Shown: positions 1 to 9,258 of the stretch, in pieces
Position numbering within the stretch: position 1 is the stretch's first letter
How the letters are laid out: every line of letters starts with the position of its first letter
Origin: Candidatus Saccharimonadota bacterium
GTDB taxonomy: Bacteria > Patescibacteriota > Saccharimonadia > Saccharimonadales > Saccharimonadaceae
NCBI GenBank assembly: GCA_017406985.1
Contig: JAFQXL010000004.1
Coordinates: forward strand, 59,708-123,707
Reading direction: 5' to 3'
Length of the DNA stretch: 64,000 bases
The notes under the pieces: model-generated
Told to the model about the DNA's origin: nothing
Seen by the model: only the letters and a program-made list of their open reading frames with translations
The model's database searches: none
Program-made: the position numbers and the translations under genes

Positions 1-189
1 CCCTTCTTGGGCGAAAGCCGACGCAAGGTTTGCGACGAGGAAAGATTTTCCATCGCCCGATTCTGGCGAAGTCATAAGAATAGTTTTAAAGTCTTTATCG
101 ACCGAAGAGAAAGTAATATTAGTTTTAATTAACTTAATCGCTTCTGCGAAAGACGATTTTGGGTTTGTTGCGACAATTAAATCTTCCAT
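1..189 (-). CDS. CpsD/CapB-family bacterial tyrosine kinase, 5' part (runs off window edge)
   Basis: Manual translation MEDLIVATNPKSSFAEAIKLIKTNITFSSVDKDFKTILMTSPESGDGKSFLVANLASAFAQEG; Walker A variant typical of BY-kinases; starts 2 nt after the cpsC-like stop. Confidence 0.85.
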   Translation of the reverse strand, partial: MEDLIVATNPKSSFAEAIKLIKTNITFSSVDKDFKTILMTSPESGDGKSFLVANLASAFAQEG

Positions 190-190
190 T

Positions 191-859
191 TTAAGCCTCC
201 ACTTTCGGGACAACACCAACAACGGTTAGTCCGAGTTTCTTTTCGACGGTTTCCGTATCTTTAACTGTTTTATCTAACATATATAAAAGCGTTCCGACGC
301 CGATTCCAAGGATTAAGCCGGCGACAATATATATAATAGTTTCTTTTACGACACTAATATTATAAGGACTGTCGCTTTTAACGGCTTTATCGACGATTTG
401 GACGTTATCGATTCCGTAGATGTTTTTAATTTCTTCTTTAAAGACCGAGCCGATTTCGTTCGCGATTAACTCGGCGCGTTCGTTATTTTTATCTGAGACT
501 TTAATCGTAATAAGCTGGGTAGAAGTTACGGAAGAAACAGAAACTTTAGAGGCGAGCGCTTCATAAGACTCGTCGAGTTCGAGGTTTTCTTTAACCTGAT
601 TTAAGACGTTTCTCGATTTAACGATCTCCGAATAAGTTTTAACGAGGTTATTCGAAAGAGTAACGTCGTTATAAGTAATTTGTTTCGTACTAGAGGAATC
701 CGAGATAAGAACGACGTTCGTACTCGAGCTATACATCGGAGTTTTTATGAGGTTTGTATAGACCTCACCCCCAGAGACGACTGCCGCTAAAATAATCAGA
801 ATTAGCCAGATTTTCTGGACTAAATAGAGCGACAGCTCTTTAAAGTTGATTTCTTCCAT
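191..859 (-). CDS. Wzz/CpsC/CapA-type polysaccharide chain-length regulator (BY-kinase membrane activator)
   Basis: Two TM helices flanking an extracellular loop; 'LVKTYSEIVKS' motif; C-terminal 'LGLTVVGVVP'. Confidence 0.85.
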   Translation of the reverse strand: MEEINFKELSLYLVQKIWLILIILAAVVSGGEVYTNLIKTPMYSSSTNVVLISDSSSTKQITYNDVTLSNNLVKTYSEIVKSRNVLNQVKENLELDESYEALASKVSVSSVTSTQLITIKVSDKNNERAELIANEIGSVFKEEIKNIYGIDNVQIVDKAVKSDSPYNISVVKETIIYIVAGLILGIGVGTLLYMLDKTVKDTETVEKKLGLTVVGVVPKVEA

Positions 860-888
860 AATTCTCCCAAATTAGTTAAATTAACTAT

Positions 889-917
889 ATTATAGCACAA
901 ACGGAATAAAAAATCAA
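889..917 (-). promoter_or_regulatory. sigma70 promoter for cpsC-cpsD
   Basis: TTGATT-17 nt-TATAAT with extended TG on the minus strand. Confidence 0.6.
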
Positions 918-941
918 GAGTTAGAACATAAAAGTCTAGGG

Positions 942-970
942 TTGATAAAAAAAGTGTGATTTGATATAAT
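942..970 (+). promoter_or_regulatory. sigma70 promoter of the tRNA-Tyr/Thr pair
   Basis: TTGATA(942-947)-17 nt-TATAAT(965-970). Confidence 0.65.
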
Positions 971-1014
971 TATGAAATCAGAGTGTGGTTGGCGCGAGCC
1001 AAGCTCTCTGATAC

Positions 1015-1099
1015 GCTGGAATCGTCTAGTGGCAATGACAAGAGACTGTAAATCTCTCGCCTTCGGGCTTCGTAGGTTCGAGTCCTACTTCCAGCACCA
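1015..1099 (+). tRNA. tRNA-Tyr(GUA)
   Basis: Cloverleaf: GCTGGAA/TTCCAGC acceptor, AGAGA-CTGTAAA-TCTCT anticodon arm, long variable arm, TTCGAGT T-loop, encoded CCA. Confidence 0.95.
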
Positions 1100-1100
1100 T

Positions 1101-1177
1101 GCCATCTTAGCTCAGTTGGCTAGAGCAGCCGCCTTGTAAGCGGCAGGTCGTCGGTTCAAATCCGACAGATGGCTCCA
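1101..1177 (+). tRNA. tRNA-Thr(UGU)
   Basis: Cloverleaf: GCCGC-CTTGTAA-GCGGC anticodon arm, TTCAAAT T-loop, encoded CCA. Confidence 0.95.
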
Positions 1178-1286
1178 TTTTTTATTTTGCGTTTTTAAGA
1201 AGAAAAGGCGTCTATCCGAACGCGGAAAAACATCGCGAAATCCAGAAGCTCTCGGAAGCAAAATTCGAAATATGAATCTTAAAGAG

Positions 1287-1314
1287 AAAAGACCGCGAAA
1301 AAGCGGTCTTTTTT
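1287..1314 (+). terminator. Intrinsic terminator after the tRNA pair
   Basis: aaaagaccgc-gaaaaa-gcggtctttt hairpin plus T-run. Confidence 0.7.
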
Positions 1315-1324
1315 AAAAAAGCTC

Positions 1325-1353
1325 TTTACAACAAAAGAATTTATGCTTATAAT
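1325..1353 (+). promoter_or_regulatory. sigma70 promoter upstream of the DGR target leader
   Basis: TTTACA(1325-1330)-17 nt-TATAAT(1348-1353). Confidence 0.6.
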
Positions 1354-1358
1354 GGAAT

Positions 1359-1609
1359 TGCAACAACATTTACATAAACGACGTGTTTATTTGATACCTT
1401 GTTTTAGGTATCAGGCAATACGACAGGTTAACGAATATTGCGCAGACATCGGCGTCACGAGAACCCGATAAAGTTCAATATTCGTTAACACGTCTATTGT
1501 TATGTAGATACGGTTGTTGCACTCGTGACGCCGTATTTGTTTACGGGGGATGTTCGTGGAAAGGCTTTCTCCTCTAAACAAACAACACTCATCTAAGGCG
1601 ACGTCACGA
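1359..1609 (+). ncRNA. Candidate structured 5' leader with pseudoknot (unknown family)
   Basis: Nested stems 1359-1387/1487-1521, 1392-1399/1406-1413 and 1427-1440/1476-1489 (perfect 14 bp); loop 1451-1461 is the exact complement of 1522-1532. Confidence 0.55.
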
Positions 1610-1639
1610 CCAAACATAAAATAAGGAGGTAAACTTAAA

Positions 1640-3343
1640 ATGGGTCGGGTGACTACAAAAACTAAACGGAGCGTGGATATTCTGACGATAGTCGGTGTCT
1701 TCTCCGGATTTTTATTATTAACATTATTAGCTGTGTATCTACACTCGCCGGTAATAAAAACCAGCGCGACAGACGAGGCTTCGAGCGCTTCGGTCTATGT
1801 CGAGCCGGTGGCGAGTATCTCGGTTGATCCAACGGTAAGTCTAGACATTACGCCGTCCGGAACGGGCGGAGTTGCCGATTCGGAACAACTCGACGTTAAA
1901 GTTATGACAAACGCGGAAGTCGGCTATGTTCTAAAGATGGCGGCGGAAGGAAGCTCGGCGGAAATGACCAGTCGAACTTCGAGCGATACAATTACTTCGG
2001 CCTTTACAGGCGGACTAACGCTCGAGAATATGTCGCCGAATACTTGGGGGTATTCGACTGATAACTCGACGTTCTATAAAGTTCCAGTAACTGGTAGCGA
2101 AGTTACGCTTGCTTCTCCAAGTAGCTCGACCGCGGAAGCATGGGAAACAACAACGATTTATTTCGGCGCGAAAGTCGACTCTTCGACCGAAGCCGGTTCT
2201 TATTCGAAGAACGTTGTCTTTACCGCAGTCGCGAACCAAAGACCACGAACTTTCTATGATATTACTTATATGCATGAGATGTCCTCGGCTATTTGTTCGA
2301 ACACCCCGACCGCTTCGAGCTATAGCGTAACTGCGACAACTCCAAACAATACCCTCGCAGAAGCGAAGACCGGAAACTATATCGCCCAGACGACTTTAAT
2401 CGACTATCGCGATATGAAGAGTTACCTTGTTCGTAAATATGCCAACGGCGAATGTTGGATGGCGCAGAACCTCGAGCATGATTTCTATTCGGCGGGAGAC
2501 TCTGTTGCGGACGGTTCTAGTAACACTGGAACTTATGCGACGACTTCAACCGGAATTAATACCTCCGCTAAGACAAACGCTGCTTCGACGCTCGGTTCGA
2601 ACAACTTTAGCAAATGGGTAAGTTATTCCGATATTAATAACGAAACCGCCTTTACGGCTTCTACGAACGCTTATGGCGCGGGTAAGTTTTACGCAACTCA
2701 GAACTTCTCTGGAAGCTCATATGGTTGGGCAGATAACGGAACCGACGGCGCGAGAAGCTATTCGACGAACGCGGCGGGCGCGGCGAACTATATTACAAAG
2801 ACTGGCTCGACGGCAGGTGACGGTTATTATACCTTCCAAGAATCGACAACTGGACAACCATATCAGAGAGTTGGTAACTATTATAACTTCGCAGCGGCGA
2901 AAGCCGGTTATCTCGGAACCGCAACTGGCGGTGATGACTCAAGCTCGACTTCGAGCACAACTGAAGTTCCTGATAACTCGATTTGTCCTCGTCACTGGAC
3001 TCTTCCGAAGAGCGGAACACACCTCGCTGGAACCGCTAAGTCCTTTGATAACCTAATTCGTCTTTACTATGGCGCAGACTGGACTAACGGCGCAAATAAT
3101 ACTACACTTTATAACTTCTTAAATGGAGCGCCGCTCGATTTCTGGCGTGCCGGCTTCTACTATCGTAGTTACGGTACGGTCGTCGATCGTACTACCAATG
3201 GCGGCTGGTGGTCTCGTAATGCCTCTTCTACCGCGGGTGCTAACGCCTTGGGTACCCGCATCAATAGTAATACGGGCTACGTCAATGCGCAGTATAGCTA
3301 CTACCGAGGCTACGGCTTGCCTATCCGTTGCGTAGTCCGCTAG
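1640..3343 (+). CDS. DGR target protein: membrane-anchored surface protein with Ig-like stalk and C-terminal Fib_succ_major/CLec-type domain
   Basis: N-terminal hydrophobic segment; 'CWMAQNL', 'GNYYNFAAA', 'ICPRHWTLP' and terminal 'PIRCV' motifs; C-terminus encoded by the VR; SD aaggagg. Confidence 0.85.
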   Translation: MGRVTTKTKRSVDILTIVGVFSGFLLLTLLAVYLHSPVIKTSATDEASSASVYVEPVASISVDPTVSLDITPSGTGGVADSEQLDVKVMTNAEVGYVLKMAAEGSSAEMTSRTSSDTITSAFTGGLTLENMSPNTWGYSTDNSTFYKVPVTGSEVTLASPSSSTAEAWETTTIYFGAKVDSSTEAGSYSKNVVFTAVANQRPRTFYDITYMHEMSSAICSNTPTASSYSVTATTPNNTLAEAKTGNYIAQTTLIDYRDMKSYLVRKYANGECWMAQNLEHDFYSAGDSVADGSSNTGTYATTSTGINTSAKTNAASTLGSNNFSKWVSYSDINNETAFTASTNAYGAGKFYATQNFSGSSYGWADNGTDGARSYSTNAAGAANYITKTGSTAGDGYYTFQESTTGQPYQRVGNYYNFAAAKAGYLGTATGGDDSSSTSSTTEVPDNSICPRHWTLPKSGTHLAGTAKSFDNLIRLYYGADWTNGANNTTLYNFLNGAPLDFWRAGFYYRSYGTVVDRTTNGGWWSRNASSTAGANALGTRINSNTGYVNAQYSYYRGYGLPIRCVVR

Positions 3344-3383
3344 GTCGTCTCCATCGTAGTTTTCCGCTACCAGCAGCTCGCGT
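3139..3383 (+). repeat. DGR variable repeat (VR), including 40 nt past the stop codon
   Basis: 245-bp ungapped match to the reverse complement of 5451-5695; 24 mismatches, 22 at TR adenines. Confidence 0.95.
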
Positions 3384-3432
3384 GAAAACGGAAAAAGGGC
3401 CGAAAAAAGTGGATTAAAACAGAGGAGATAAA

Positions 3433-4269
3433 ATGACGCTAGTCAACGAAAAGAAACCGGATAAGCTCGGAGCGAAACAAATGGTTCGCTCCGAGCGCGA
3501 GCGCTATCGGAAAATTAAAGCTACGATCTATGAAAAAGAACTGACGAACGATCAGCACGTATATGTTTATCGTTCGTCGAAAGAATGGTGGAAAGTCGGG
3601 GGAAACTCGGCGCTCTACTATAAATATATCCTCGGCCCGAGGCTGAAGGTTGCGATAAACCTGAAGCGGGACGAGGATCATTATTCTACCTTCAACTTTG
3701 GGGTTGTCTCGATTCGGGACATAAAAAGTTTCAAAGAGAGAATGAAGAAAGCGGGGATGGTTCCCGGGCCGGAAAACGATAACGCGATAAAGTTTTCGTT
3801 CAAGGAAAAAATTAGCCTCTCGACAATCGACGCAATCAAAGAAGATGTCGAGTTCCAGCACGAGCGGATAAACCGGCTGGTCGAGACGAGGAAGATTGCG
3901 CCGGACATGTTCGTCCTGATTCGCCAGTTCATGAGCGAATTTTGGCACTATTCAAAAAGATATAATAAATATGAAGCGCGGAAAACAATCACGAGCGAAG
4001 TTGTCGTCGAGATGATGAAAATGAAGCGGGCTTACGCCCACATGGCGAACGGAGATGTCGAAATTTTGGACGGGATGCTTGAGATAAAAAGTTGCGCCGA
4101 TTCCCTAATGTCGGATATTTCGTTTCTCGAAGAAGTAAAAGAAATGGGGTTCGACAAGGCGATGAAACTCAGTATGCACCTCGGAGATATAAAGCGAATT
4201 GTTAACCGCGAACTAAAAAAGGTGGTAAAAGAAAATGAGCGGATTAATTCTGACGGAAGATCGGAGTAG
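3433..4269 (+). CDS. DGR accessory protein: putative MutS-domain-I-like N-terminus fused to an Avd-like four-helix bundle
   Basis: Sits between VR and RT and overlaps the RT start by 35 nt; N-terminal pattern resembles MutS domain I; C-terminal ~115 aa helical and Avd-like (judged by eye). Confidence 0.65.
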   Translation: MTLVNEKKPDKLGAKQMVRSERERYRKIKATIYEKELTNDQHVYVYRSSKEWWKVGGNSALYYKYILGPRLKVAINLKRDEDHYSTFNFGVVSIRDIKSFKERMKKAGMVPGPENDNAIKFSFKEKISLSTIDAIKEDVEFQHERINRLVETRKIAPDMFVLIRQFMSEFWHYSKRYNKYEARKTITSEVVVEMMKMKRAYAHMANGDVEILDGMLEIKSCADSLMSDISFLEEVKEMGFDKAMKLSMHLGDIKRIVNRELKKVVKENERINSDGRSE

Positions 4270-5368
4270 GTTTTTTGACTATCTCGAACAGATGCTCTGG
4301 AGGGCGTATTATTGCGCGAGAAAGGGTAAGCGGACGACCGAAGACGAACATAAGTTCGAGATAAACGCGGCGGAGAATATACACCAGCTCGCAATCGACA
4401 TCATGACGCGAAACTATCGCCCGACGGTCGGGATTGCGTTTATAACGAAAGAGCCGGTAATCCGAGAGATTTTCGCGGCGCCGTTTCGAGACCGCGTCGT
4501 TCACCACGTTTTATTTAACGCCTGTAGCGGATGGTGGGACAGGCGACTTATCTATGATTCTTATTCTTGTCGCGTCAATAAGGGGACGCATTTCGGGATT
4601 AGGCGATTACACCACCACATGCAGGCTTGTTCGGAAAACTTTACTGTTCCCTGTACGATTGTTAAATTAGATATACAGGGATTTTTTATGAGCCTAGATA
4701 GAGAGAAGCTACTTAAACGGATTCTCTGGGGGCTAGACCAGCAGTTTAAAGGAAATTATAACGAGCTTTACCACGTTTTAAAGTTTCTTTGGACTTCGGT
4801 CATTATGGACGACCCGGTTCAAGGAGTTCGGCTCCGCGGAAAGCGGTCAGATTGGGACCAGTTACCGACAAATAAGAGCCTGTTTAATCAGCCGGAGGGC
4901 GTCGGAATCGTGATCGGGAACTTAACTTCTCAGCTCGCTTCGAATATTTTTCTCGACCCGCTCGATAGATATGTTATTTCGGATTTAGGGCTTAAACATT
5001 ATGGGCGATATGTCGACGATTTTTATTTTATCGTTCCGGATTCGGAGAAAGAATATGCGCTCGCTTGTATCGATACGATTTCGGAGTTTCTGTCGAAGCT
5101 CGGACTAACTCTACATCCGAAGAAACATTATATCCAGCCGATTTCACACGGCGTGCCGTTTCTCGGGGCGGTCGTTTATCCGCATTGTACCGTCCCTGGG
5201 AAGAGGATAAAGAAAGAGTTTATTCGGGCGGCTTATGAGTTTGCGTCGGGGTATGAGAGTATTGAGTCTTTGATTTCTTATATGGGAATGTTGTCGAATT
5301 TCCAGAGTGCGAAGTTCGAGAAAGAAGTGTTCGAGAGTTTAGGGTGGGATTATTATAGTAAGTTGTAG
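4235..5368 (+). CDS. DGR reverse transcriptase
   Basis: Motifs 'FRDRVVHH', 'KLDIQGFF', 'GIVIGNLTSQLASNIFL' and catalytic 'YGRYVDDF'; 377 aa with no maturase or endonuclease domain. Confidence 0.95.
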   Translation: MSGLILTEDRSRFFDYLEQMLWRAYYCARKGKRTTEDEHKFEINAAENIHQLAIDIMTRNYRPTVGIAFITKEPVIREIFAAPFRDRVVHHVLFNACSGWWDRRLIYDSYSCRVNKGTHFGIRRLHHHMQACSENFTVPCTIVKLDIQGFFMSLDREKLLKRILWGLDQQFKGNYNELYHVLKFLWTSVIMDDPVQGVRLRGKRSDWDQLPTNKSLFNQPEGVGIVIGNLTSQLASNIFLDPLDRYVISDLGLKHYGRYVDDFYFIVPDSEKEYALACIDTISEFLSKLGLTLHPKKHYIQPISHGVPFLGAVVYPHCTVPGKRIKKEFIRAAYEFASGYESIESLISYMGMLSNFQSAKFEKEVFESLGWDYYSKL

Positions 5369-5394
5369 GGGGCGTTTTTTATGCGCTTTTAGAA

Positions 5395-5440
5395 AAAACG
5401 TAGTGCTTAAGTTTCTTGCGATTCTTAAACACTACGTTTT
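5395..5440. terminator. Bidirectional hairpin between the RT 3' end and the TR 3' end
   Basis: aaaacgtagtg-c-ttaag (5395-5411) pairs with cttaa-a-cactacgtttt (5424-5440); A/T runs on both sides. Confidence 0.65.
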
Positions 5441-5450
5441 ATTTTGTTTA

Positions 5451-5695
5451 ACGCGAGCTGCTGGTAGCGGAAAACTACGATGGAGACGACCTAGCGGACT
5501 ACGCAACGGATAGAAAAGCCGTTGCCTCGGTTGTTGCTATTCTGCGCATTGACGTTGCCCGTATTACTATTGATGTTGGTATTCAAGTTGTTAGCATTCG
5601 TGGTAGAAGAGGCATTACGAGACCACCAGTTGCCATTGGTAGTACGATTGATGACCGTACCGTTACTACGATTGTAGTTGCCGGCACGCCAGAAA
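5451..5695 (-). repeat. DGR template repeat (TR), inverted relative to VR and RT
   Basis: Minus-strand copy carries 20 in-frame AAY codons where VR has substituted codons. Confidence 0.95.
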
Positions 5696-6109
5696 AATCC
5701 ACCGCCAAAGAACCGGTTAGTGCAAATGGCTCGAGCCTTATTCTAACGAGCCAAAACTCAGAAGAACAAGAGACCAAAGAGCTGCTTCTTCCCCGGACAC
5801 CCCGTAAAGCGTCCGGGTTCCGACCGGTTCGACTTTTACGTCGTTATCTGCGACTTTTTGAGTCGCTTTTGCGTCGGCTAGACTTCGCGAAAATGAAGTG
5901 AGCTCTCCAGCTCGCGTGGGGACAGCGTAGATTTCAAGTGGATAAGATACGATATTCCCGTAAGGTCCCTTGCACTTTTAAACGCTACGGATATTCCAGC
6001 TTATCATTTAACTTTCCACCTAGCTTCACATCCCCTAGTTATATTATAATGCTTATGGTTTTTTTGTGAGGTTTTGTGTAATATAGGATATTATGTTATA
6101 ATAATTCTA

Positions 6110-8910
<2,801 letters not shown>

Positions 8911-8919
<9 letters not shown>

Positions 8920-8939
8920 AAATAGAAATTTAATATAAT
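8911..8939 (+). promoter_or_regulatory. Near-consensus sigma70 promoter with no downstream + strand ORF
   Basis: TTGACT(8911-8916)-17 nt-TATAAT(8934-8939). Confidence 0.65.
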
Positions 8940-8945
8940 ATAAGC

Positions 8946-9030
8946 ATAAAAGAGAAGCTTCTTCTAGGAAGAAAACCTCTCTTATAACGAGTTGTTTAAC
9001 TCACCGATCGTCTGATCGGTGAGTTTTTTC
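8946..9030 (+). ncRNA. Candidate ~85-nt antisense sRNA
   Basis: Lies between the promoter above and a 12-bp terminator hairpin (8998-9009/9014-9025 plus T-run). Confidence 0.45.
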
Positions 9031-9093
9031 GAAAGTTGCCTTGAATCTTATTAAGTTCCAAAGAAACGAAACGTCTATACTTCTTTTAGTCAT
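9001..9093 (-). CDS. Small ORF, 30 aa (MTKRSIDVSFLWNLIRFKATFEKTHRSDDR)
   Basis: Manual translation; SD GAAAGGAGG at 9102-9110; extended -10 TGcTATACT at 9244-9252 on the minus strand. Confidence 0.5.
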   Translation of the reverse strand: MTKRSIDVSFLWNLIRFKATFEKTHRSDDR

Positions 9094-9258
9094 ATAGAAT
9101 TCCTCCTTTCTAACGAACTCGAACTCTCGGATTACCTAGAACTTCGCTTCTTGATGTTATCTTGAAGAGCGGGTTGAATTCGTTGAGAGATGCCCGTCTG
9201 TATAGAATTCAAACCTTGCTCAAGTTAAACCCCTCGTTTTTTCAGTATAGCATATTTT

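Noticed and set aside
978-1012. GNRA-capped hairpin before tRNA-Tyr as a separate ncRNA
   Set aside because: Short and inside the tRNA precursor leader; no independent signals
4235-5368. RT as a group II intron, retron or CRISPR-associated RT
   Set aside because: No maturase/endonuclease domain, no VTG retron motif and no cas genes; DGR-type motifs plus an adenine-specific TR/VR pair explain it
3139-5695. VR/TR as an invertible segment or IS terminal repeats
   Set aside because: Mismatches are almost all opposite adenines in one copy, which is the DGR signature, not that of recombination sites
5583-5777. 64-aa ORF over the TR (and 3123-3335 over the VR)
   Set aside because: Off-frame by-products of the repeat, with no SD; the TR is expected to be non-coding
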